In this document: positions 48,735-57,967 of the stretch, one piece after another
How the letters are laid out: each line of letters starts with the position of its first letter
Position numbering within the stretch: position 1 is the stretch's first letter
NCBI GenBank assembly: GCA_964350645.1
Contig: CAYGJY010000002.1
Coordinates: 161,538 to 225,537 of the forward strand
From: an uncultured Candidatus Saccharibacteria bacterium
GTDB lineage: Bacteria > Patescibacteriota > Minisyncoccia > Phycocordibacterales > UBA918
DNA length: 64,000 nt
Direction: 5' to 3'
Translations under genes and position numbers: made by a program
Notes under the pieces: generated by a model
What the model was told of the DNA's origin: nothing
Database searches by the model: none
What the model saw: only the letters and a program-made list of their open reading frames with translations

Positions 48735-50804
48735 TTATTTTCGTTTCAGGGTTTTTGAAAGAATGATTGAGACGACGAAAATGAGGGCAGAAAGACCTAA
48801 AAACTTAAGATCAATCACACCACGTGAGATGCCGCCTGTTCGTAATTCTTCAACATCAAGTGAGGCTCCGACCGCCACAAAGGTAGCAATACCAAGTAGC
48901 GTACCGACGAAGTTTGCTAGGACAAACGGAATAAATTTTATCTTGAGAATTCCAGCGGCAAAACTGACTAGGTCAAAAGGAAGAAAAATGAGGCGCGTAA
49001 TCAGGACTGATTCAAAAGGATTGTCTCGCAGCGGTTGTATCCACGAACCGAGAGCTGTCTTTTCTAGCTTGAGATCACCACCAAAGAAGCGTCCAATGCC
49101 ATAGGCAGCAGCAGCTGAGATATTAGCGGCGATAATGGTCAGGAGCGTCCCAACCCAAAAGCCAAAGAAGACACCCGAGAGAATCGTCAGCGCAGTCCCG
49201 GGAAAAAAGACCAGTGGTCGCAGGGTGTACGCTGCGATGTAGATCAGTGCCCCCCATGCTGACAAGGCAATAAAATCAAAAATCACAAAAGCGGTTTCAA
49301 ATGCTGACAGGTTCTGGGCTTGTTGGTACATGTAGAGATAGTACAGACCAACTGCCCAGAGCGCCGCGACGATAACTTTCAAGGCGTGTTTTTTGACGAA
49401 GTGGGTAAGGTCGGTTTTGAGATGAGCGATTTGGGTCGCAAAGAAATAGTCACCGAGTTTTTTGATAATCAGTGAGTAGGTCGGGTAGGCGAAGATAGTG
49501 TTGCGCAGTTTCCACATCGAAATCTTTTGATCGATGGCGAGTGTGAACACGCTGAGGATTTCACCCGCTGCTGGACCAGCAATATGCGCACCAAGTACTC
49601 GGCCGCTGAGACGCTTTGCGATCACGATTGCGATGCCATCAGTAGTGTCTTCGGTTTTGGCCCGATCGTTGGCACTAAAAGGGGCTTCAATGCGAAAAAT
49701 GTTTTCTTCACCATAGTGCTCGAGTGCTTCCGTGTATGAAAGACCGACTTGCGCCACCTCGGGAGTGATATAGGTGACTTTTGGGACGGCTTTGTTGTCA
49801 CGCACTTTGAGAAGGCCTTTGCTGATTACCCGTGTGACCACTTGTCGAGCAATATTATCCGCGGTATGAGTGAACTTGAGACGCTGCGACACGTCCCCAA
49901 GGGCGTAGACTGATGCGTTGGTGGTGCGGTACTGGCTATCAACTTTGATACCGTAGGGTTCGCTCTGAATACCGGCGACTTCAAGACCATTTGGTAGGTT
50001 CGGTACTCGGCCAATCGCGACGAGCACTTTATCAAATTGGACTGACAATGATCCAGTCACTACTTTACCTTCTTTGCGGTCAAAAATCGCGACGCGATTT
50101 TTGACCTCGCTTAGATGCGCGTTCAGCTCAATCCTGATACCCAGTTCTTTAAACTTCCGCTGTACTATTGGACGGATAGCTGGGTCCTCCAGGCGGGCAA
50201 ACTCACTATCGATGGAGGCGATAGTGACGTGGCTACCGAGCATAGCAAACGCTTGACCAAGCTCCATGCCAATTGGTCCAGAGCCAATGACGAGTAGTTT
50301 CTCGGGGATACTTTTGAGGTCAAAGACGTTTTGGTTGGTGAGAACATCAGCGGGGTTGAGTCCGGGTACACTGATCATCCGTGGACTAGATCCAGTGGCG
50401 ATGATAGCTGTTTTAAAGGTGTAGGTAGCGTCGGCAACTTTAATAGTTTTTGTGCCAACAAATTCGGCTTCACCCATGATGACGTCGATGCCGATTTTCT
50501 CAAACACGTCTGGTGTCTCCTCGGCTAAGATCTCATCAATGATGTTACGAACGTAGGCAAACGCGTCGGTGCGAAAAGCTGCGCTTTTCACACCTTCACC
50601 CGCCACCTGCGTCGCCCGATGATACTCTCGCGCGTGATGCAAGAGTGCTTTGCTCGGCACACAGCCAGTGTTGGTACACTCACCGCCCATATGCTCACGT
50701 TCTATAAGAAGTACTTTCTTGCCGACTTTAGAGAAACCGACGGCTGAGGTAAGGCCGCCTGAGCCGGCCCCGATTACTATGACGTCGTAGTGTGTGTCTG
50801 ACAT
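48735..50804 (-). CDS. Fusion protein: class-I pyridine nucleotide-disulfide oxidoreductase (DLD/mercuric-reductase-like) plus a C-terminal DedA/TVP38 membrane domain
   Basis: GAGSGG FAD site, redox-active GGECTNTGCVPSK, second Rossmann GSGPIG; C-terminal about 220 aa with multiple TM helices and DedA-like segments. Confidence 0.7.
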   Translation of the reverse strand: MSDTHYDVIVIGAGSGGLTSAVGFSKVGKKVLLIEREHMGGECTNTGCVPSKALLHHAREYHRATQVAGEGVKSAAFRTDAFAYVRNIIDEILAEETPDVFEKIGIDVIMGEAEFVGTKTIKVADATYTFKTAIIATGSSPRMISVPGLNPADVLTNQNVFDLKSIPEKLLVIGSGPIGMELGQAFAMLGSHVTIASIDSEFARLEDPAIRPIVQRKFKELGIRIELNAHLSEVKNRVAIFDRKEGKVVTGSLSVQFDKVLVAIGRVPNLPNGLEVAGIQSEPYGIKVDSQYRTTNASVYALGDVSQRLKFTHTADNIARQVVTRVISKGLLKVRDNKAVPKVTYITPEVAQVGLSYTEALEHYGEENIFRIEAPFSANDRAKTEDTTDGIAIVIAKRLSGRVLGAHIAGPAAGEILSVFTLAIDQKISMWKLRNTIFAYPTYSLIIKKLGDYFFATQIAHLKTDLTHFVKKHALKVIVAALWAVGLYYLYMYQQAQNLSAFETAFVIFDFIALSAWGALIYIAAYTLRPLVFFPGTALTILSGVFFGFWVGTLLTIIAANISAAAAYGIGRFFGGDLKLEKTALGSWIQPLRDNPFESVLITRLIFLPFDLVSFAAGILKIKFIPFVLANFVGTLLGIATFVAVGASLDVEELRTGGISRGVIDLKFLGLSALIFVVSIILSKTLKRK

Positions 50805-50890
50805 GAAGGAGGAGTAAAGTTATGAATAGTTGCCTTTGATACGAGTATAGCAAGGAATTCTTTCAGATTTTGAGTATAAAAATAGGAAAA

Positions 50891-50920
50891 GCGCTCATCT
50901 AGGGAGGGAGATGAGCGCCA
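50891..50920 (-). terminator. Terminator for the minus-strand secreted-protein gene
   Basis: gcgctcatct agggaggg agatgagcgc, followed on the minus strand by ttttcctattttt. Confidence 0.5.
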
Positions 50921-51006
50921 ATCCGAATGCTTATTCGGTGCGCGACTCCTTTTCTAGTTGAGCGCTGGTGTGCGGCCCCTGCTGGTGCGGGACCGCGCGT
51001 TTTGGT

Positions 51007-51978
51007 TCATTCGGTCTCGGCGTCGATCAGGCCGATCCTGTTTGTCGCCCCGAGCTGCTCACGCAGGTCGAGAACGATTTTCAGGTAGGTCTCGACGAGC
51101 GGTAAGCCGCCTTCTTCTTTCCGACGCAGACCGAAGCGGACGTAGTAGGGGTCCGCGTTCCATCCAAGATGGGCTACTGTCCGCTCCCAACGGGAAGTGA
51201 CGGCACGGACGTCGTCGCTGGCCTGCTCCCAACGTGACTTCGCAAGGTCCCTTTCTTTTTCGGCGGCCTTAATAGCACGATCGCGAGCCATCTCATCGAC
51301 GTACTTGCCATCCCTTGCCACTTGGAGCGCCTCATTCCGCTTATCGTCTGAGGGGTATGTGGCCCGCGCCGCTGCACTGATTGCCTCCGATCGGGCTACT
51401 TCGTCGACATAGATAGCAGCTCCCGCTTCACCCACCTTGTCGATCTCGCTCCGGTACCGGCCATACAGTCGGGTTGAGCGATCTGCTGCCAGAAGCAGTT
51501 CGCTGTATGGCAAAGTGATTTCCGGCTTCATGCCGAGAGTGAGACTGTCCGCCAGAGTGGCGAGATGTTGGACGCAGGATGCGTATCTGTAGTTTTCCAG
51601 AAGGGCCATTTCGGACAGGACACTCTCCCGGTGTTGCTCCCAATAGTCCCAGAGGACAGTCGGGTCAGTCAGGTGATTGCGAGCTTCCTCGCGGAATTCA
51701 TCGATCACGAAATCGACGAATCCGCCCTCTTTGATCTGACGTTGTACGATGCCCTCAGCTTCGTTTGGGCCAGGGCATTGGAGAACGAGTTTTGCGATGA
51801 CCTCGTCCCCAATCATCCAGTTGATCAGCGGACCGATCGCTTTCGGCCAGGGCGATTCTGTTGAAACGGTCGCCGGGGCGTCCGACAGCAAAAAATCGAT
51901 CGTCTCAGCGTTTTGGTCCTGCGCGAAGGCAGTGCTGGCGGCGAATGCAACAACAGCTGCGGCAAGTGCTAATTTCAT
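51007..51978 (-). CDS. Secreted protein of unknown function encoded in a locally GC-rich segment
   Basis: Sec signal MKLALAAAVVAFAASTAFAQDQ; GC clearly above the neighbouring genes. Confidence 0.5.
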   Translation of the reverse strand: MKLALAAAVVAFAASTAFAQDQNAETIDFLLSDAPATVSTESPWPKAIGPLINWMIGDEVIAKLVLQCPGPNEAEGIVQRQIKEGGFVDFVIDEFREEARNHLTDPTVLWDYWEQHRESVLSEMALLENYRYASCVQHLATLADSLTLGMKPEITLPYSELLLAADRSTRLYGRYRSEIDKVGEAGAAIYVDEVARSEAISAAARATYPSDDKRNEALQVARDGKYVDEMARDRAIKAAEKERDLAKSRWEQASDDVRAVTSRWERTVAHLGWNADPYYVRFGLRRKEEGGLPLVETYLKIVLDLREQLGATNRIGLIDAETE

Positions 51979-52157
51979 GGCGTGTCTCCTAATAGCCAAT
52001 GATGAACCTAGTAGTCAAAAAACGTGTTGCGATAGAGAGGTGGTTCATTTGAACCTCTCTACCCTGCTAGTAAAATAGCATAAAAATAGACAAAAGTCAA
52101 TATACATGGCATAAAATAGAGGTTTTTGGTTATGGAGGTGGGGCGGGTGGTGTGGCG

Positions 52158-52196
52158 CTCCAGGCTGGCAAAAGCAACGCTTTTGCCAGCCTGGAG
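52158..52196. repeat. 39-nt perfect hairpin (18-bp stem, 3-nt loop) with no T-tract
   Basis: ctccaggctggcaaaagc aac gcttttgccagcctggag. Confidence 0.55.
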
Positions 52197-52361
52197 CAGC
52201 TGAAGACGGTTGCCATCGCTACTTAAATACCGTATGATAGCGCCGATTAGCCCAATTTGGGCTTGTTTCTATTTTGCGCTGAGTGCCCGGCGCCAAAGGC
52301 GCCGGGCTTCGCTGCATATAGGGAGAATTTATCATTAGTTATACATATATAAGTAAAGTTT

Positions 52362-54542
52362 ATGGCACGAGCATTTCCAATCGCAAAACTACGAAACTTC
52401 GGGATCGTAGCCCACGTTGACGCGGGTAAGACCACCACCTCTGAACGCATCCTTTTCTATACCGGGATGAGTCACAAAATCGGCGAGGTACACGACGGGG
52501 CAACCGTCACCGACTGGATGGAGCAAGAACGTGAGCGCGGTATCACCATCACCGCGGCGGCGATTTCTTGTAACTGGGCAAAAACCCTTGAGACAGATCG
52601 CAAGAACAAGGACAAGCAACACACCTTTAACATCATCGATACTCCAGGGCACATCGACTTTACCGCAGAGGTAAAGCGATCGATGCGTGTACTTGACGGT
52701 GCTGTCGTCGTATTCGACGGCGCGGCTGGTGTAGAGCCACAAACCGAAACCAACTGGGGCTACGCTGATGAAGCTGGTGTACCACGAATTTGTTTTGTAA
52801 ACAAAATGGACAAGCTGGGTGCTGATTACAACGCTTCAGTAAAGTCTATCGAAGAGCGACTCTCTAAAAAAGCTGTCCGGATTCAACTCCCGATCGGGGC
52901 AGAAGACGCACTCTCTGGTGTGGTTGATTTGATCACGATGAAGGCCTATCGGTTTGCTGGTGAGATGGGTATGGAGGTGACTGAAGAAGAGATTCCTGAG
53001 AATATGGTTGAAGACGCTAAGAAGTGGCGCGCTGAAATGATCGAACGCGTTGTTGAACACGACGACACGCTGATGGAAGCGTTTCTTGAAGGGACCGAGC
53101 CAACGCTTGAAGACCTCAAGAAGACCTTGCGAAAGGCGGTATTGGCTAACGAAATTTTTCCAGTCATGACTGGTTCAGCACTGAAGAACATCGGTGTGCA
53201 GCTCGTGCTTGACGCGGTAGTTGATTATCTGCCAGCACCAACTGACCTCCCACCAACGCACGGTCATGATCCAGATGATGAAGAAACTATTATCGAACGA
53301 CTGCCAACAGACGAAGACCCATTCAGCGCTCTTGTATTTAAACTACAGGACGACAAGTTCGTTGGGCAGCTGGCTTTCTTCCGGGTGTATTCAGGTACGG
53401 TGAAGTCTGGTTCATACATTTTGAACTCTTCAACGGGAAACAAGGAACGAATCGGACGAATTGTTCGTCTGATGGCTGACAAGCGAGAAGAAGTAGACGA
53501 AGTATATGCGGGCGAGATTGCGGCCGCTGTAGGGATCAAGGAAGTAAAGACATCGCACACTATTTGTGACGAAGCGAAGCCAATTGTACTCGAGCAAATT
53601 ACGTTCCCAGCCCCAGTCGTTGCTGTGCGTGTTGAGCCAAAGACTAAAAATGACCAAGAAAAAATGGGTGTAGCCTTAAAGCGCCTGTCAGATGAGGATC
53701 CGACGTTTGTCGTATCAACTGACGAAGAAACGCTCGAAACCATCATTGCTGGTATGGGTGAGTTGCACCTCGACATCATTGTTGATCGTATGAAACGAGA
53801 GTTTGGAGTAGAGGCCAACATTGGTCAACCACAAGTAGCGTACCGAGAAACAATCCAACGTGAAGCTGAAGCCGAGCATAAATACATTAAGCAGTCTGGA
53901 GGACGCGGACAGTACGGACACGTCAAGATTCGCATCAAGCCACTGGTGCCGCTCGCGAAAGATGAAAACGGGGAAGATGAGAAGGTTGCTAAGAACGTTA
54001 CTCGCGATGATCACTTTGAATTCATCAACAGCATTAAGGGAGGAGTCATTCCACAGGAATACATTCCAGCTGTCATGAAGGGAGCTAAAGAAGCGATGGG
54101 TCGCGGATTTGTCGCTGGCTATAAAATGGAAGATGTATCAGTTGAACTCTTTGATGGTTCATTCCACGATGTTGACTCGAGTGAAATCGCCTTTAAGTTG
54201 GCTGGTATTAACGCCTTTAAGGATGCAGCTGCAAAGGCGAGTCCGGTTATCCTTGAGCCAATCATGAAGGTTGAAGTACGAACACCAGATGAATACATGG
54301 GAGACATTCAAGGGAATATTTCATCGAAGCGCGGTCAGATTGAAGGCTCAGAAGAAATGGGAGGCAAGACAATCGTCAACGCCAAGGTGCCACTATCAGA
54401 AATGTTTGGTTACACCAACTCACTGCGTTCAATGACTCAAGGTCGTGCGAGTATGACGATGGAGTTTGATCACTATGAAGTGGTCCCACCAAACGTGGCT
54501 GAAGAGATTAAGAAGGCGAGAGGGGTGAAAGCAGAGGCATAA
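52362..54542 (+). CDS. fusA: Elongation factor G
   Basis: [15 protein letters not shown]...; full-length EF-G. Confidence 0.95.
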   Translation: MARAFPIAKLRNFGIVAHVDAGKTTTSERILFYTGMSHKIGEVHDGATVTDWMEQERERGITITAAAISCNWAKTLETDRKNKDKQHTFNIIDTPGHIDFTAEVKRSMRVLDGAVVVFDGAAGVEPQTETNWGYADEAGVPRICFVNKMDKLGADYNASVKSIEERLSKKAVRIQLPIGAEDALSGVVDLITMKAYRFAGEMGMEVTEEEIPENMVEDAKKWRAEMIERVVEHDDTLMEAFLEGTEPTLEDLKKTLRKAVLANEIFPVMTGSALKNIGVQLVLDAVVDYLPAPTDLPPTHGHDPDDEETIIERLPTDEDPFSALVFKLQDDKFVGQLAFFRVYSGTVKSGSYILNSSTGNKERIGRIVRLMADKREEVDEVYAGEIAAAVGIKEVKTSHTICDEAKPIVLEQITFPAPVVAVRVEPKTKNDQEKMGVALKRLSDEDPTFVVSTDEETLETIIAGMGELHLDIIVDRMKREFGVEANIGQPQVAYRETIQREAEAEHKYIKQSGGRGQYGHVKIRIKPLVPLAKDENGEDEKVAKNVTRDDHFEFINSIKGGVIPQEYIPAVMKGAKEAMGRGFVAGYKMEDVSVELFDGSFHDVDSSEIAFKLAGINAFKDAAAKASPVILEPIMKVEVRTPDEYMGDIQGNISSKRGQIEGSEEMGGKTIVNAKVPLSEMFGYTNSLRSMTQGRASMTMEFDHYEVVPPNVAEEIKKARGVKAEA

Positions 54543-54553
54543 TCTCTGTGCTC

Positions 54554-54600
54554 TGAACATACAAAAGGCCGGCGCTTCGCGCCGGCCTTTTGTATGTTCA
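54554..54600. terminator. 47-nt perfect palindromic terminator between fusA and tuf
   Basis: tgaacatacaaaaggccggcgc ttc gcgccggccttttgtatgttca. Confidence 0.7.
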
Positions 54601-54826
54601 GTTTCTCGATCTAGCTTGCAAAAATCAGCCGGTTTGCTAAGATTGCCCCACCGCACCGGCATCTGGCTGGGTCGGAGTATACATATTGTTTGCTCTTTCA
54701 CACTCACGTGTACTAAGAGATAGCGTAACTGTTCTCGTGACGCTTTCCCTCAGTGCTCGTGCATGGCTTTTCATATGAAAAGCAGCCGTGTGCGGATTAT
54801 TAATTAACTAAATTTTATTTAGTATT

Positions 54827-56014
54827 ATGGCAGATTTTGATCGATCAAAGCCGCACATTAACGTAGGTACTATTGGTCACGTTGACCACGGTAAGACTAC
54901 GCTTACGGCTGCGATCCTAACAACCCTTAAAGCGAAGGGAAATGGCTATGACGCAAACGTCAAGGCAGTAGAAGATATTGATAAAGCGCCAGAAGAAAAG
55001 GCGCGCGGTATTACTATTTCACTTTCACATAGTGAGTACGAAAGTCCAAACCGACACTACGCACACATCGATGCGCCAGGTCACGCCGACTATATTAAGA
55101 ACATGATTACTGGTGCTGCCCAAATGGACGGTGCAGTTCTCGTAGTTGCAGCAACTGACGGAGCAATGCCACAAACTCGTGAGCATGTTCTGCTTGCAAA
55201 GCAGGTTGGTGTACCAAACATCATCGTGTTCCTCAACAAGTGTGACATGGTAGATGACGAAGAAATGCTTATGCTCGTTGAAGAAGAACTTCGTGAACTT
55301 CTCACTAAGAATGGATTCGACGGTGTCAACGCGCCAATCATTCACGGTTCTGGTTTGAAGGCACTTGAAGGTGACGCAGCCTACCAAGAGAAAGTGGTTG
55401 AACTCGTCGATGCGATGGATTCATATTTCCCACTGCCTGAGCGTGAACTCGACAAACCATTCCTTATGCCAGTTGAGGACATCTTCTCAATTGAAGGACG
55501 CGGTACAGTTGTAACTGGTCGTGTAGAACGAGGAGCAGTTAAGGTTGGTGAGGAAATTGAAATCGTCGGCATGAAGCCAACTGCTAAGACTACAGTTACT
55601 GGAGTTGAAATGTTCAACAAGCAACTAGATGCAGCGCAAGCTGGAGACAATGCTGGTATTCTCCTTCGTGGAACGAAGAAAGAAGACGTGCATCGTGGAC
55701 AGGTACTCGCGAAGTCAGGTTCTGTAACTCCACACACTGAGTTCGAAGCTGAGGTGTACGTACTTGGAAAAGAAGAAGGCGGACGACACACCCCATTCTT
55801 CTCAGGCTACAAACCACAGTTCTATATCCGAACCACTGACGTAACTGGAGATGTTACCCTCGCTGAAGGTACTGAAATGGTCATGCCAGGTGATACTGCA
55901 ACTTTCAAAGTGAAACTGGTTGCTCCAGTAGCTCTCGAAGACCAGCAAAACTTTGCGATTCGTGAAGGTGGTAAGACAGTTGGAGCTGGTGTTGTAACTA
56001 AGATCGTTGCGTAA
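54827..56014 (+). CDS. tuf: Elongation factor Tu
   Basis: [14 protein letters not shown]...DCPGHADY...NKCDMV. Confidence 0.95.
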   Translation: MADFDRSKPHINVGTIGHVDHGKTTLTAAILTTLKAKGNGYDANVKAVEDIDKAPEEKARGITISLSHSEYESPNRHYAHIDAPGHADYIKNMITGAAQMDGAVLVVAATDGAMPQTREHVLLAKQVGVPNIIVFLNKCDMVDDEEMLMLVEEELRELLTKNGFDGVNAPIIHGSGLKALEGDAAYQEKVVELVDAMDSYFPLPERELDKPFLMPVEDIFSIEGRGTVVTGRVERGAVKVGEEIEIVGMKPTAKTTVTGVEMFNKQLDAAQAGDNAGILLRGTKKEDVHRGQVLAKSGSVTPHTEFEAEVYVLGKEEGGRHTPFFSGYKPQFYIRTTDVTGDVTLAEGTEMVMPGDTATFKVKLVAPVALEDQQNFAIREGGKTVGAGVVTKIVA

Positions 56015-56037
56015 GCAATCGCTAACTACACACTATT

Positions 56038-56394
56038 ATGGCTACAAACACATCATCTAAATCAAAGAAAGACGCAGCGGCTGGCGAAATCCAGAAGCTT
56101 CGTATTCGTGTTCGCGCTTATGAGCACAAGATTCTTGACGCTTCAGTCAAGCAGATTACTGACACAGCCGCTCGCTTTGATGCGACTGTTGTTGGACCAA
56201 TTCCGCTACCAACTGAAATCAAGAAGTACACAGTAAACCGTTCAACGTTCGTCCATAAGGATGCGCGAGAACAATTCGAGATGCGCATGCACAAACGTGT
56301 CATCGACATCATGAATCCGAGCGGCAAAGTCATTGAGGCTTTGACCAACCTGTCACTGCCCTCTGGCGTGAACATTGATGTAAAGATGATCTAA
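56038..56394 (+). CDS. rpsJ: 30S ribosomal protein S10
   Basis: KLRIRVRAYEHKILD...GPIPLPT; conserved tuf-rpsJ order. Confidence 0.9.
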   Translation: MATNTSSKSKKDAAAGEIQKLRIRVRAYEHKILDASVKQITDTAARFDATVVGPIPLPTEIKKYTVNRSTFVHKDAREQFEMRMHKRVIDIMNPSGKVIEALTNLSLPSGVNIDVKMI

Positions 56395-56405
56395 GTGTTG
56401 CTATA

Positions 56406-56442
56406 ACAAAAGGCCGGCCCCGTAGGGGCCGGCCTTTTGTGT
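56406..56442. terminator. 37-nt palindromic terminator, identical in sequence to the one at 62166-62202
   Basis: acaaaaggccggcccc gta ggggccggccttttgtgt. Confidence 0.7.
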
Positions 56443-56460
56443 GGTTACTTCACCAGCAAT

Positions 56461-56853
56461 TTACCCAGCGATAAAGACATCTGAGTAGAGAGTAGTGCCA
56501 TCGAATTCGCAGGTAACCAACTTCCACATGTTGTTGGTATTGTATGCAATTGATTCACAAAGTGTACGAGCCTCGGCTTCTGATGCAACTTCGTTTTGAA
56601 GAGTAGTGCCGCCTTCAATCGTGATAGTTACAGTTTTGAGAGCAATCATTTCTTCGCTAGTTTCAAACTGAATACCAGCTACTTCACCAGCTGGACTCAT
56701 ACTTTGTTTGGCAGCATCAAGATTGAGCTGTAAAACTGCTAGGTCAGCTTTGGCTGCGTGTAACTCAGCGAGCAAGTGCTCAACAGTAGACGCCTGGGCT
56801 AACGGAGCTACTAAAAAAGTAGCTAGGGCAAAGATTGAGAAGATAAATTTCAT
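56461..56853 (-). CDS. Small secreted protein
   Basis: Signal peptide MKFIFSIFALATFLVAPLAQA. Confidence 0.45.
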   Translation of the reverse strand: MKFIFSIFALATFLVAPLAQASTVEHLLAELHAAKADLAVLQLNLDAAKQSMSPAGEVAGIQFETSEEMIALKTVTITIEGGTTLQNEVASEAEARTLCESIAYNTNNMWKLVTCEFDGTTLYSDVFIAG

Positions 56854-57332
56854 ACTTTATGTATTAAGATTGAATAGATATTGAAACTAAACTGTAATAA
56901 GTATACTGATTAATTAACTTTTGTCAAGTATTAGCGACTCAAAAAGTAAAGAAAAAACTCGTCACCTGAGGGCTACGAGTTTTTTCTTTACCTCCAACGT
57001 ACAGGTGCCTGTGGACACAAGTGCGTTAGTTTATGTGTGATGGGAAATGCAGTAGCACATTCCCGTGCACTACTGCCTAGTCTAAACAGCGGCTGGCTGC
57101 CTAAACAGATGTGGATCGTGTAGAGCACATCCTACTTACTATGACGCACCAGGTAGCAAAATCTTTCAGAAGTAGTGGCAGCTAGCGCACCCTAGTCAAA
57201 ACTGACTACCTCACTCCCGCACTGCCCCAGCCAAGCCGACCCATTACGAGATCGCTCGCCCGCTAGCTTTGGACAGAGGGGTTTCAAAACTTCTCGTTAT
57301 TATAGTAAGGCAGTCTCAACAACCTAATATTT

Positions 57333-57350
57333 ACTATCATATATGATAGT
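57333..57350. promoter_or_regulatory. Operator-like perfect palindrome ACTATCATATATGATAGT (copy 1), 15 nt after the yerC-like stop
   Basis: 18-bp perfect dyad. Confidence 0.5.
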
Positions 57351-57364
57351 GAGATTACATTGGA

Positions 57365-57781
57365 TTATTTTGATCCGGGAAAGAGTAAGAAGTGCAATGG
57401 ATATTTTTTCTTTAACGCTGCTAGTCCAAATGGATTAGCTTTGATATCTCGCTGGTTTTGTCTCTTTTGTAATTCAGACTCAAGTCCTTTGATGGCGTCC
57501 CGATATCCTGGCATTTGTTTCCGTAGCCATTTCTCGACCTTAACAATTGTATTGGGTCCAACTTCTAACTGTTCACCAATGTCTGCATGAGTATGACCAG
57601 AGAGCAATAGCCTCGCAATCCATATGCGCCTTCCCAGCATGATTCGCTCACTTGGAGTTAAGAGTTCTTTTAAAAATGCTTTAGTAGCATCTCTGCCTTT
57701 CACTGCTCCGGCTGCAGTATAAAGCATATCAAGAGTCTCCATTTGTTGCTGGTTAGTCAGCTGATCTAATTTTTTCTTCAT
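57365..57781 (-). CDS. TrpR-related YerC/YecD-family DNA-binding protein
   Basis: LTPSERIMLGRRIWIARLLLSGHTHADIGEQLEVGPNTIVKV, a Trp_repressor-like HTH. Confidence 0.7.
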   Translation of the reverse strand: MKKKLDQLTNQQQMETLDMLYTAAGAVKGRDATKAFLKELLTPSERIMLGRRIWIARLLLSGHTHADIGEQLEVGPNTIVKVEKWLRKQMPGYRDAIKGLESELQKRQNQRDIKANPFGLAALKKKYPLHFLLFPGSK

Positions 57782-57789
57782 ATATAAAT

Positions 57790-57807
57790 ACTATCATATA
57801 TAATAGT
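57790..57807. promoter_or_regulatory. Operator copy 2 (ACTATCATATATAATAGT, one mismatch), 9 bp upstream of the regulator start codon
   Basis: 17 of 18 identity to copy 1; overlaps the likely promoter. Confidence 0.5.
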
Positions 57808-57856
57808 AAGTTCGTAAGTTACTTTGTGCCATGAAGTGAAAAAATAAAGATTTTTC

Positions 57857-57874
57857 ACTATCATATATGATAGT
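57857..57874. promoter_or_regulatory. Operator copy 3 (perfect ACTATCATATATGATAGT)
   Basis: Perfect dyad about 76 bp upstream of the regulator start. Confidence 0.5.
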
Positions 57875-57906
57875 GAAATAGAGGATGTTGGAATGTTCAA
57901 ATTTAC

Positions 57907-57955
57907 AAATGAAAACACCCCACCGCAATGAGTTATCCCTCCTTTCTTCCGCGCT
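57907..57955. repeat. 49-bp direct repeat, copy A
   Basis: aaatgaaaacaccccaccgcaatgagttatccctcctttcttccgcgct. Confidence 0.6.
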
Positions 57956-57967
57956 CACGATGTACAC

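Noticed and set aside
53264-53821. 185-aa minus ORF within fusA, and several others within fusA and tuf
   Set aside because: Shadow ORFs antisense to universally conserved elongation-factor genes.
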